This document shows positions 1 through 9,800 of a stretch of DNA of 51,818 nucleotides, piece after piece. Position 1 is the first letter of the stretch; the number at the start of each line of letters is the position of its first letter. The translations under genes were made by a program, and so were the position numbers. Below the pieces are notes generated by a model. It had not been told where the DNA came from. It saw only the letters and a list, made by a program, of their open reading frames with translations, and searched no databases. Source of the DNA: a virus (lineage: Duplodnaviria; Caudoviricetes); IMG/VR virus record IMGVR_UViG_3300027820_000005, positions 1 to 51,818 of that record, one strand, 5' to 3'.

Positions 1-127
1 AGATCGCCGTTGCCCTCGAAATGGGCCTCGAGATCGGAGTCCAGGGAATGCAGGCGCTCTCCGGCATTGCCGTTGTGAACGGACGCCCCACCGTGTGGGG
101 AGACCTCGGAACAGCCCTCGTTCTTCG
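1..127. repeat. 127-bp terminal direct repeat (copy 1), most likely assembly overlap of a circular contig
   Basis: Identical to 51692-51818; falls inside a coding sequence. Confidence 0.95.
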
Positions 128-899
128 ATCAGGAAAGCTCCAGGCGAAGGAGGAGCACTGGACGGTCGATCCCGAGCTTGGGATCGTGGCGACATGCAAG
201 CTGCAGCGAGACGGGATCGTATTCGTGGGCACGTTCAGCGAAGCCGAAGCGAAGTCCGTCAAGCAGAAGACACGCAACGGCACCATGAGCCTCTGGGAAA
301 AGGACACCTACCAGTCGTACCCGAAGAGAATGCTGATGTGGCGCGCGCGGTCGCTCGCCTACAGAGACGGATTCTCGGACGTTCTCAAGGGCATGTGCTT
401 CGCAGAGGAAGCGATGGACATGGACGAGGGGCCGCGCGAAGTCGAAGCTATCATCGACCTCGACGAGCTCACCGACGCCATGCTGCTCCAGGAGACACCC
501 GTCGCAGAAGAAGGCGACCGGAGCGCCGAGCAGGAGCTCCCGGCGACCGAGCCCGAAGCCGAGCCGGAGCCGCCGGCCAAGCCCGAGCCCGAGCCGCCGG
601 CCAAGCCCCAAGGCCAGGACTGGCGCGCGTTCCGAGACGACGAGGTTGGAGGCCGCAGCAAGGCGTTCAAGGACCGCACCTGGCTCGAGATGTCCGAGGG
701 CCCCAGGGGCGGAGGGCGCCATTCCTTCCTGGTCGCCGTGAAGTCCAAGGCGCTGGAGAAACCGAACGAACCGATGCACCCGTGGCAAGAGAGGGCCTTG
801 ATTACCCTCGACAGGATGGAGGCGGGCTTCGACGAGCCCCAGGAGAAGACGGCGGCGCCGCCGTCGTCGATGCCTGACTCGTCGGGCCTCTTCGCCTGA
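1..899 (+). CDS. recT: RecT-like ssDNA annealing protein, 3' part (gene starts at 51532; 352 aa across the junction)
   Basis: Motifs GLEIGVQGMQALSGIAVVNGRPTVWGD and YPKRMLMWRARSLAYRDGFSDVLKG typical of phage RecT-like annealases; lies downstream of a YqaJ exonuclease. Confidence 0.8.
   Translation, partial: IAVALEMGLEIGVQGMQALSGIAVVNGRPTVWGDLGTALVLRSGKLQAKEEHWTVDPELGIVATCKLQRDGIVFVGTFSEAEAKSVKQKTRNGTMSLWEKDTYQSYPKRMLMWRARSLAYRDGFSDVLKGMCFAEEAMDMDEGPREVEAIIDLDELTDAMLLQETPVAEEGDRSAEQELPATEPEAEPEPPAKPEPEPPAKPQGQDWRAFRDDEVGGRSKAFKDRTWLEMSEGPRGGGRHSFLVAVKSKALEKPNEPMHPWQERALITLDRMEAGFDEPQEKTAAPPSSMPDSSGLFA
561..608 (+). repeat. 2 x 24-bp tandem repeat encoding EPEPPAKP in the RecT linker
   Basis: 561-584 and 585-608 differ at one base. 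Confidence 0.9.
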
Positions 900-921
900 C
901 CCACGCCCCCGGGGAACCCCC

Positions 922-951
922 TTGAGTGGAGCCTAGCCTTCGGGCTAGGCT
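922..951 (+). promoter_or_regulatory. Putative sigma70-type promoter for a leaderless mRNA, overlapping the hairpin
   Basis: TTGAGT-N18-TAGGCT-N6-ATG(958); no Shine-Dalgarno present. Confidence 0.4.
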
Positions 952-956
952 CTTTT
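929..956 (+). terminator. Intrinsic terminator-like hairpin after recT
   Basis: GAGCCTAGCC-TTCG-GGCTAGGCTC (10-bp perfect stem) followed by TTTT. Confidence 0.7.
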
Positions 957-957
957 C

Positions 958-1671
958 ATGGGCAGTTTCACCAAGCGCTTCTCGAAGGTCTGGTCACCCG
1001 CCGACGGCGAGATCACCACCGAACGCACAGCGGTTCGTGAGTGGCTCACCCAGCTCCGCGGGCGCGTCGAGCGACTCCACCGCGTGCTCAAGCGCAACTC
1101 GCTCCCCTACCGCATCCGAGAGACGCCCGGCGGCATCGGCTACCGGCTCAACGAGCTCATCCCGGCCGGGCGACTCGTGTTCTCGGCCACCGCCTCGCTC
1201 ACGGCCACGGACGGCTACTTCCTCGAGCCGATCTCCCGCAAGGCGTACAACCGCGCCGGCGCCACGCGCAACCAGGGCCAGACGATGGCCCTCGATGCCG
1301 GCCTCACCGCGACCGAGGCGACCAAGGTCGAGCCCGGCGGCGAGACGTCGGCCTTCGCCAACCTCGTCGACCCCGACGCCACCAGCATCATCCACGGATG
1401 GCTGGTGCTCCTCCTGGCCGACGCCGGCGACAACGTTGGCGTGTCCACCATGATCGGCGGGTTCGCCAACCAGTGCCTCGTGGGCAAGTCCTCCGGCAAC
1501 GTGACCATCGACCAGGTGACCACCACCGACGTCACCAACCGCACCCAGGTCGAAGGCGTCTCCGGCTCGCGCGTCACCGGACGGACGATGGAGGCGTTCA
1601 CCGCGCCCGGCTCGAGCGGAGCACTCGGCAAGGTCGTCTTCGACGGCTCCTCCGGCTACATCATGCCCTGA
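958..1671 (+). CDS. Hypothetical protein (237 aa), possibly virion-associated
   Basis: Coding-like codon bias; G/T/S-rich C-terminal half; TGATG-coupled to the next gene. Confidence 0.75.
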   Translation: MGSFTKRFSKVWSPADGEITTERTAVREWLTQLRGRVERLHRVLKRNSLPYRIRETPGGIGYRLNELIPAGRLVFSATASLTATDGYFLEPISRKAYNRAGATRNQGQTMALDAGLTATEATKVEPGGETSAFANLVDPDATSIIHGWLVLLLADAGDNVGVSTMIGGFANQCLVGKSSGNVTIDQVTTTDVTNRTQVEGVSGSRVTGRTMEAFTAPGSSGALGKVVFDGSSGYIMP

Positions 1672-3470
1672 TGCCCGGGCGGACGATCACGCCCTCGGGC
1701 AAGTCCAAGGTCTTCAAGTTCAAGCAGCGCGAAGACCCCGACGCGGACAACAACCCCGGCCCCGGAGGCGACGACGAGCCGTACGCCTGGACCACGCCGC
1801 ACTCCGAGAACCGAACCTTCTGGGTCTCCCAGATGTTCGGCGCCAACATCGACGACCAGGTGCAGGGCCTGAGCCCGGAGCTCCCCCTGCGCAACCTCTG
1901 GTACCTGATCGGCACCATCGGGCTCGAACCCGGGGATCTCGTCTACCTGCGCCTGGGAGAGCAGTACAACGCCGACGGGCTCGGCACCGCCAACCTATCA
2001 TCGGTCACGATCGCCGCCGGCCCACCCGACGACCTCGACTCCGTGGGCACGACCGGTCACCTCGAGGACGGCCGGCCGCGCATCATCACCTCGCCCGGCA
2101 AAGCCTTCTGGGATCTCACCAACCTCGAGCTCCAAGGCGACGTCACCTTCCTGAACGTGGGGTTCGAGGCCGCCACGCCCGGCGCACCCGGCACCTTCGG
2201 CATCTTCGGCCAGAACGTCTCCGGCGCCGGAAGCATCGCGCTCGAGGGCTGCGCCTTCTGGGGCTACAGCTCCGGTGTGCACATCGAGGGCGCCCAGCTC
2301 GGCGTCACGCCCAGCTTCCACTCCAGGCGCAACGTCTACCTCGACTGCGCCGACGAGTCCGGGGGCGACTCATGGGGCTGCTACCTCGACTTCCTCACCG
2401 GCATCGAGATCATCGAAGACCTCTTCGATCACAACGGCTGGCACGAGGAGGGGTTCATCGAGCTCTACGGCGACCTCCGCGCAACCACGCCGATCGCGCG
2501 CAGCGCGCACAGCGGCAACCTCCACCTGGGCGCCGGCAACTCCGGCACCGTGAAGGTCGACCTTTCATACTCGACACAGGCCGGCTGGGCAGGCATCGAG
2601 ATCCTCTGCCCCTTCACCCAGGTCAAGCGCAACGTGCTCGCGCTCAGCCCCATCGGCGCGATCCTCGGGCACACCGAGAACGAGCTCGAGCGGAAGCTCA
2701 CCGGGATCAGCGGGGAGTTCCGCAACAACGCCATCATCGACGGAGTGGACCTCGACGAGGTTCCGGCCGCGCTCGACCGCCACGCCGGCTACGGCCTCTG
2801 GCTGGGCAACGTGAACACCGACGACGGTCTCACCGTGACCCAGAACGTCGTGAACCGCACCATGACCGAGTGCGGATCGGCCGTCGCCGTCTTCGGCGCG
2901 CTCGGCGTCGGCGCCACGAGCGTCGTCTTCACGTCCAACGTCATCCACGAGTGGACCCGACAGCTCCACTTCAAGGACGGCACCGTGGAGGCCGCGCTCG
3001 AGGGCTGGACCATCGACGCGAACGAGTTTCAGCAGCCCGCGGACTGGTCTCCCAGCAAGGGCTTCTTCCTCGTCGGGCACCAGGTCGCGCCCGTCGACGA
3101 CCTCTCCGACGCTCTCAGCTACGGAGAGAACGCCTACTGGTCACCGAACAGCCAAGGGTTGCTCTGGGCCGTCCTCAACACACCGATCAACACCTACGCC
3201 GAGTGGGTCGCCACCTCCGGCGAGTCGGGCGACGGCACGGGAGGCATCTACGGATTCGTGCAGCGCACCTATCAGGACCCCAACGTGTCGCTCGCGTCCT
3301 TCCTCGCCGCGCTCACGGGCCTCCCCGCCGACGACCTCGACTTCATCGAGATCGCCCGCTCGCGAGAGCAGTTCGGCGCCGGCTGGAGAGACGACCTCGA
3401 CGCCATCCACGTCCTGAACGCGCTCCGCGTGGGCTTCAACCTCCACACCCTGGCCGGCAAGGACAACTGA
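1671..3470 (+). CDS. Right-handed beta-helix protein 1 (599 aa), tailspike/depolymerase-like
   Basis: ATG at 1671 overlaps upstream TGA; repeated beta-helix-like N/D-containing strands; C-terminus paralogous to the next gene. Confidence 0.7.
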   Translation: MPGRTITPSGKSKVFKFKQREDPDADNNPGPGGDDEPYAWTTPHSENRTFWVSQMFGANIDDQVQGLSPELPLRNLWYLIGTIGLEPGDLVYLRLGEQYNADGLGTANLSSVTIAAGPPDDLDSVGTTGHLEDGRPRIITSPGKAFWDLTNLELQGDVTFLNVGFEAATPGAPGTFGIFGQNVSGAGSIALEGCAFWGYSSGVHIEGAQLGVTPSFHSRRNVYLDCADESGGDSWGCYLDFLTGIEIIEDLFDHNGWHEEGFIELYGDLRATTPIARSAHSGNLHLGAGNSGTVKVDLSYSTQAGWAGIEILCPFTQVKRNVLALSPIGAILGHTENELERKLTGISGEFRNNAIIDGVDLDEVPAALDRHAGYGLWLGNVNTDDGLTVTQNVVNRTMTECGSAVAVFGALGVGATSVVFTSNVIHEWTRQLHFKDGTVEAALEGWTIDANEFQQPADWSPSKGFFLVGHQVAPVDDLSDALSYGENAYWSPNSQGLLWAVLNTPINTYAEWVATSGESGDGTGGIYGFVQRTYQDPNVSLASFLAALTGLPADDLDFIEIARSREQFGAGWRDDLDAIHVLNALRVGFNLHTLAGKDN

Positions 3471-5242
3471 TGGGCTTCGGCTTCGGACAGAACCAGGACC
3501 CCGGCACGCCCCCGCCGGCCGGCGTTCGCACCGGCCGCACGCCCGGGTCGACCATCCAGCAGGAGCTCGGCACCTCAACCGGATCGGCGCGTCACTCCGT
3601 CACCCGCTACTCCAAGAAGTCGTACTCCATCGGCAAGCCCTGGGATCACAAGGTCACCAACCGCATCGCGGCGTCCGCCCTGTTCGATGCGTGCGAAGTC
3701 ATCGACACCGACCCGCCCGAGACCGGATGGACCGAGTTCATCCTGCACACCGACGCCAAGATCATATACGTCGGCATCGACGGCGACGACGCGAACGACG
3801 GCCTGTCGACCAACACCTCGTTCGCAACGCTCGATGCCGCCTTCGCAGCCGTCGAGTCGGGAGACTGGATCCTTGCCCAGAGGGGATTCGACATCGACAT
3901 CGGATCCAAGTCGTACTCGATGCCGGGCGGAATCGACGCCGAGCACCCCACCCTCTTCGGCGCGTGGGGAGACAGCTTCGACCCCATGCCCCACATCCGA
4001 ACGACCGCGGGGCTCGGGATCGTCTTCAACTCGGAGAGCCGCAACTTCACGGCCTACGTCGACATCCACTTCGAGGGCAGAGGGCACGTCGAGGAGTCGG
4101 ACGGCTCGTTCGGAATCGCATTCCGAGGGGGGACAGGCCACCTCGTCGAAGGCTGCTGGGTCCAGGGCTTCGGGCACGGGATCAACTGCCGCAAGCCGGG
4201 CGTCTCGAACCTGACGGTTCGCCGCTCCGTCCTCCTGGACAACTGGACCGAGGGCATCTACAGCACGGACTCGCCGGCCGGCATCCTCATCGGAGACGAC
4301 ACCACATTCCACAACAACGGGCACTCCGCCGGGTCGCACAACGCCTACATCCTCGACACCAACAACCTGATCTGGAAGCGGGTCTGGTGCATTCAGGCTT
4401 CGCGCGGAAACGGGCTCAAGCACAAGCAGAACAAGTCCATGACGGTGCGCGACTCCATCTTCGCGCTCAGCCAAGCGGACTGCCCCGTGCACATCCAGGC
4501 GAACCAGCCCGAAATCGGCATCGGCAACCGGACCTACGACTGCCTCTTCGACCTCGCCGGCCAACCCGACGCGCCGCCCCCCGTGGAGTCTCCGCACCCC
4601 TCTGCGATCAACGGCCAGGTCGACTACGAGTTCCGGCGGAACATCATCCTCGCGGCCGCGCACCACACATCGGGGCAGCAGGCGCTCGCGCTCGAGAAGC
4701 CCTACATCCTCCAGGACGTCACGATCGCGGACAACATCTTCTACGGCTGGACGTCCACCGGAATCCGCGTGGCGCCGCAGAACGCCTCCCTCGTGTCGGG
4801 AATCTCGATCACCGGCAACTCACTCATCAACCTCACCAACTACGCCGCGGGCGCCAACTCGAAGATCGTCCAGGACTTGCTCGGAGACCCAGCCAAGGTC
4901 GTCTACTCGGGCAACCGCTACCACGGCGACGGCTCGACGCCGAGCGACCGACTCTTCGGATACGGCGGAGTCAACATGAGCTACGCCGAGTGGGTCGCAG
5001 CATCCGGCGAGACCGACTCGGAGCTCGTCACGGACGCAACTGGCGGATACCCGGATCCGACTCGCAACCTGAACAGGTACACCGTCGAGGTACTCGGGCT
5101 CGGGCCCGACGCGACGTTCAAGGACGACATGCTTCCGCTACTCCTGCAGCAGCGCAAAGGCAACTGGTCAACGGCGCTTGAGGTGCTCCCGGCACTCAAC
5201 TACGTGCGTGCCGGATTCAATCTGGTCGCTCTCGCGCCATAG
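3470..5242 (+). CDS. Right-handed beta-helix protein 2 (590 aa), tailspike/depolymerase-like
   Basis: IYVGIDGDDANDGLS..SFATLDAA motif and FHNNGH..HNAY typical of pectate-lyase-like beta-helices; TGATG coupling. Confidence 0.75.
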   Translation: MGFGFGQNQDPGTPPPAGVRTGRTPGSTIQQELGTSTGSARHSVTRYSKKSYSIGKPWDHKVTNRIAASALFDACEVIDTDPPETGWTEFILHTDAKIIYVGIDGDDANDGLSTNTSFATLDAAFAAVESGDWILAQRGFDIDIGSKSYSMPGGIDAEHPTLFGAWGDSFDPMPHIRTTAGLGIVFNSESRNFTAYVDIHFEGRGHVEESDGSFGIAFRGGTGHLVEGCWVQGFGHGINCRKPGVSNLTVRRSVLLDNWTEGIYSTDSPAGILIGDDTTFHNNGHSAGSHNAYILDTNNLIWKRVWCIQASRGNGLKHKQNKSMTVRDSIFALSQADCPVHIQANQPEIGIGNRTYDCLFDLAGQPDAPPPVESPHPSAINGQVDYEFRRNIILAAAHHTSGQQALALEKPYILQDVTIADNIFYGWTSTGIRVAPQNASLVSGISITGNSLINLTNYAAGANSKIVQDLLGDPAKVVYSGNRYHGDGSTPSDRLFGYGGVNMSYAEWVAASGETDSELVTDATGGYPDPTRNLNRYTVEVLGLGPDATFKDDMLPLLLQQRKGNWSTALEVLPALNYVRAGFNLVALAP

Positions 5243-5444
5243 CGCGCAACTCGTAGAGTGTTTCCTTCTGCGTGCGCTCAACCGCCCGGTTGTGAGCATT
5301 CAGATCAGCGCGGAAGCCCGAGAAGGCGTCTACCGCATCCTTCAAGGCGTCGATCACCTTGTCCTGTCGACGCATCATGCCAGCGACGATGTAGACGAGA
5401 ACGGCCCAGCCCCCGAGTCGTTCGACCCACTCCATAGCTTCCAT
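5217..5444 (-). CDS. Small single-TM protein, possible holin (75 aa)
   Basis: Hydrophobic LGGWAVLVYIVAGMM followed by a coiled-coil; last gene of the late operon. Confidence 0.5.
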   Translation of the reverse strand: MEAMEWVERLGGWAVLVYIVAGMMRRQDKVIDALKDAVDAFSGFRADLNAHNRAVERTQKETLYELRAMARERPD

Positions 5445-6632
5445 TCAGCCAACCCTTTCGAGAGTCAATGTGAAATCGTTGGTGCCGATGCTCACCGTCG
5501 TCGTCCCGTCGAGGCACGCCATCCTGCACCGGATGATGTCGGTCGCGTTCAGCGACACCAGCTCGGGCGAAAGCGAGGCCGTGCTGCCCTCGCTCGCTCC
5601 GAGCACCCGGACGTAGGAACGCGCTCGGAACCCGGGGATGTTCGCGAACGACCCAGCGCCGAGTGGGTCTCTCTGCACCCTGAACTCCACGACATCGCGC
5701 GTGCCGGCGGAACCCGAAGGACTTCCACTGAACCCGATCTTGTAGAGGCCGGTCGTGTTGATCGTCACGTTCTCGGTGTTCGTCGAGGTCGAGTGCGTGA
5801 AGTCCGAGTCCTTGAAGTCCTCGGTGGCGAGGCCGATGACGACGGGAGTCGTCGACGAGGCGATCGTCAGCACACCCGAACGTCGGAACTGTGCGATCTG
5901 CAGGAGCTCGCGCTGCGACTTCGGCACCCAGTGCGTGCCGTTCCACTGCCACAGGTCGCCGGTCGCCGGCGCGTGCGACACCATGTCGACGTCAGCGTGC
6001 GCGGTCACGTTCGCGTTCGGCGCCATCGCGAGCAAGCTCAGAGCGACCGGCTGGAATAACCCGGCGCCGTGATAGAGGACGTCGCCGGCCGCCGCCGGGC
6101 CGAGCGTCACCGTGTCCACGTCCGACAGGTCGTCGAGCTCGAGGAGGCCGATCAGACTCTGCGCCGAATGTCCGCACCACGCGATCACGCCAGCATCGCT
6201 CGTGCCGTTGGAGAGCAGCAGGATCATGTGCCCCTGACCAACCTCGAGCGTCGTGTCCGCGGCGTCTCCGAGCCAGGTCCAACCGGCCGGGTAGACGAGC
6301 GTCGTTGCCGTCGTCGAGGGCGGGCTAACTACGAGGATGTGCCATCCTCCTAGCGTCACGTTGCTGGACGCGGCAACAGTCTGCGTTCCGCCGCCTCCGC
6401 CCGTGTTGAAGATCGTCCTGTTGCTCGCGCCCCAGTCGATTCCAGACCCGTCGGTTATCGTCCCGATCGGTCCGCGCAACTCGCCCGACACGTCCATCGA
6501 GCCGTCCCCGAGAACCTTCGCAACCGTGTTGCCCAGGCTGTCGAGGAAGGCGTGCGAGACGCCCAAGGCACCGCTAACGAGCGCCTTGGAGAAGTTCTCG
6601 CCGCCCCTCTGGTTGCGCGCAACTCCGCTCAC
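5445..6632 (-). CDS. Tail fibre-like protein (395 aa)
   Basis: LDDLSDVD, GDVLYHG and GDLWQWNGTHWVP fibre-shaft motifs; C-terminal beta-sandwich-like region (VTINTTGLYKI). Confidence 0.6.
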   Translation of the reverse strand: MSGVARNQRGGENFSKALVSGALGVSHAFLDSLGNTVAKVLGDGSMDVSGELRGPIGTITDGSGIDWGASNRTIFNTGGGGGTQTVAASSNVTLGGWHILVVSPPSTTATTLVYPAGWTWLGDAADTTLEVGQGHMILLLSNGTSDAGVIAWCGHSAQSLIGLLELDDLSDVDTVTLGPAAAGDVLYHGAGLFQPVALSLLAMAPNANVTAHADVDMVSHAPATGDLWQWNGTHWVPKSQRELLQIAQFRRSGVLTIASSTTPVVIGLATEDFKDSDFTHSTSTNTENVTINTTGLYKIGFSGSPSGSAGTRDVVEFRVQRDPLGAGSFANIPGFRARSYVRVLGASEGSTASLSPELVSLNATDIIRCRMACLDGTTTVSIGTNDFTLTLERVG

Positions 6633-6886
6633 TCGATCGGCTCAGTCTCGCCTTCTCGCGGCAGGAACGGGCGCACCGCGGCGTAGGTGCGCACCAAGTA
6701 CTTGAAGTCGTTGTCCTCGTCGAGCTTCTCGTGAAGCTCCCCGCGCGTGTAGCCGTCCACCTCGTCCATCATCATGTCGAGCGTGGCGTGGTCCACCTCG
6801 TCGACAGGATGCTCTCCGAGCAGGCTCTTGACGGTTGCGCAACTGAACAGCGGCAACACCAGGAACAGGGCGAGTACGGTCTTCAT
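6629..6886 (-). CDS. Putative lipoprotein (85 aa)
   Basis: MKTVLALFLVLPLFS-C signal peptide with lipobox-like Cys. Confidence 0.6.
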   Translation of the reverse strand: MKTVLALFLVLPLFSCATVKSLLGEHPVDEVDHATLDMMMDEVDGYTRGELHEKLDEDNDFKYLVRTYAAVRPFLPREGETEPIE

Positions 6887-9800
6887 TGTCTACTCCGTGT
6901 CATGAGGTCGTAGGATTTCTTGACGGGCGCAACCTCGGGTGCGTCACCGCCAAGGAGCTTCATCAGGTTCGGAATGTCCTTCGCCGGATTCGGCTTGTTG
7001 AACACGACGTCGGAGAGACCGGCGAAGTACTTTCCGATCCGACGGTAGGCTTCGCTCGCGCCCGTTTCGGAAGGCGCACCGAGCTTCTGGTAGACCGCGT
7101 AGAAGAGGCCCGGGTCCTCCACGTCGTTGTCGCGGATCTTGCGGTCCATGTACTTGATCAGCCCGCGGTCTTCGGGATCCGACATGGCCGACAGGAGCAG
7201 GCGCTCGTACATGAGCGGATCCATTGCCTTCGACCGCGCCGCCTGTTCGATCACAAGCCCGGGACCGGAAGCCCACCGCTCCGAAGTCGTGACGCCAACC
7301 CACAGGTCGATGAGGTCCGATTGCAACTCGGCGGGCTGGCGCGCGACCCACTTGCCGATCGGTGTCGAGTGCTCCGGCACGTCCAGGAGGTCGTAGCGCC
7401 CGTCCGCGTTCAAGCGCAGCTCGACGTCGCGAGACAGGTTCAAGAGCGGCTCGCGGAACTGGTCGAAGCCGGGCGTCATCTCCTCGTTGCGCGTCCACTG
7501 AGCGTAGGCTTCGCGCTGCATCGAGGCGTAGGCGCGCGCGAACAGCTTGCCGGCGAGCTCCTGGCGCGCGACGTCCTCGTTCGCCGGCCCGAGGTTCGGC
7601 GCCATGAACTGGCTGATCATCGCGCGGCCGAGCCCAGACTCCGAGAGCACGTCGTTGTAGGGAGACGCCTTGCGCAAGTTCCAGACCGTGCCGAACGCCG
7701 CTTCGGTCATACGCTCGCCGGCCGGCTGCTCGTAGATCGGCTCCATGCCCGCAGCCCAGTCCTGGAAGCTCTGCCCCGCGGCCGCCTCTGCCCAGCGCCG
7801 CGCCTGACGCGAGAAGGGCATCGTGGCCGGGTTCAGGAAGGGCACCGACCCCGTGAGCTCCTCCACGGCACGGGCCGCCTGCTCGGTCGCCGTCCGCTTC
7901 CCCAGGCCGCTCACGAAGTCGCCGACGAGCGTGATGGGCGAGAGCATCACATGGGCCTGGTAGCCCATGAAGTTCCGGTTGAAGGCCCGCACGTTCTCCA
8001 TCGCCGACCTGTTCGGGACGGCGCCGAGGTCGTGCCAGGCCCTCTGGAGAGTGCCGATCCCAGGCGCCATGTCCGCGAGGTCGGTCGTCTGCGTGCGCGC
8101 GCCCTTGCGCGGGCCCGGGGCGAACAGCCAGTGACGGAGCAGCGCTCGCTGCGCAGCCTGCCCGAGAGCGACCGGGATCCCCGCCGGGCCGCGCGGCTTC
8201 GGAACCGACTCGAGCGCCCGATACATCGCCTCCGCTTCCTCGCGCGAGAATCCCAGAGCCTCGTACCCGGGCGTCGAGTCGATCGCCTCGTAGAAGTCCT
8301 GCTCCTCGTCGGGGTTGTCCGCGAACATCCGAAACAGGCCCTCTTGCATGATCTTCACGAGCGCGTAGATCCCGAAGGCCGCCTGCGGTCGCGCGACGGC
8401 AGCCCAGAGCATCGTGGGACGCATGTTCTGGCTGTAGAGCTGGAACGGGTTGGCGAGCGCGAAGCGTGCCGCCTGCTTGATGAAGGGGTGGCGCTCCGTC
8501 TGGCGCACCAGCGGGCTTGAAGCGATCGCGAATCGAGTCGACCACCGCCGGAGCAGCGGCGACGTGTTGCCGTAGTCCGCCGTGCCCTGCGCCGCCCAGG
8601 TTGCCGCCTTCCTGATGTCGGTGAAGCGCCCTGATCTGATCGCCGCAAGGGTGGCCGCGTACTTGAACCCGAGCTCGGTGAGCGCGTACGCCTGGTAGAG
8701 ATCCGCGCCGGCCTGGATCTTGGCGCCCATGTTCATCCCGCCGAACGCGCGGATCAACGCCGCGTCGACGCGAGCCGTAGACCCCGCCATGTTCTCCTGG
8801 TAGGCGAGCATCGCGTCCATCGAGTCGAGAACGACGTTCTGCCCCTTGCCCTTCGTCTGCGCGCGGATCATCGGCTGGAACATCTCGCCGGCAATCGAAA
8901 CGTCGAAGGCGGTTTTGCGGAACGTGCCTCCGGTCAGAATCTCGGCCGCTTGCTCGAGCTGTTGCACCGCCGCCCAGTCGCGCAACGTCCAACCGCGCTC
9001 GAGGAGCTCCGGCGGGACCACCGTTCCGCCGCGGCCGGGCTTGCCGATCTCCCACCACTCTTCGGCCTTGATGATAGTCTTCCAGGCGTCCGCGTAGTGC
9101 CCCTTGCCAGTGAAGACCGACCGCACGAAATCACCGATGTCGGCCGCTCCCCACAGGTGGTTGGTCATCACCGAGGAGCCGATGTTCAGACTCCAGTGGA
9201 CCGGGTTCTGAATCGTCACCGAACGGCGCCACCAGCGGGAGAACTGATCGAGACGCTTCCCGGCGTACTCGACCACATGCCCGCTGTCGGCCGCGTTGCG
9301 CAAGCTCTGGACCGATGTCGGGGCGTCGTAGAAGTCGGAGAGCGCCAGGTCGATCTCGTCCACGAGCTTGAGCGGAAGCACCAGTCCGGGCTCGCCGTTC
9401 ACGCCCAGGTAGGCGTCGAGCAGCTCGACCATTTGCGGCGTGCGTGGGCGCTGAGTCCCGGTCGGTTGCACGCCCTCGGGCGCCATCGAGTTCTTGATGC
9501 TGGACAGGAAGGCGTGCAGGCGCAGCGAGGCGCCCTTGACCCGCCACTTCGAGAGCGGGTCGTATCCGTCCTTCCCGCCATCGGCCCAGGCACCGACGGC
9601 GTACGAATCCTTGGTCCACGGCACCCAGCCCTTCGCCTCCGACCAGGGCACCGCGTAGCCCTCGCTCTTGAGACCGTGCAGGATCTCCAGCACCTCGGCA
9701 ACCTTCCCCTCCTGCGCCGCGGCCGAAGGGAAGACGACGAAGGGATCCCAGATCCGCTCGGCCCAGCCAGCCGGCTTCCCCGCCTTCCGGCTGATGTCGT

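Noticed and set aside
1-127. Terminal repeat as a biological direct terminal repeat
   Set aside because: It lies mid-recT and its length matches a common assembler k-mer, so it is best read as circular overlap
1041-1670. Upstream extensions given by the ORF track (starts 1041, 2372, 18131, 32464, 50858)
   Set aside because: They overlap neighbouring real genes in another frame; coupled starts at 1671, 3470, 17828, 31138 and 51305 fit better
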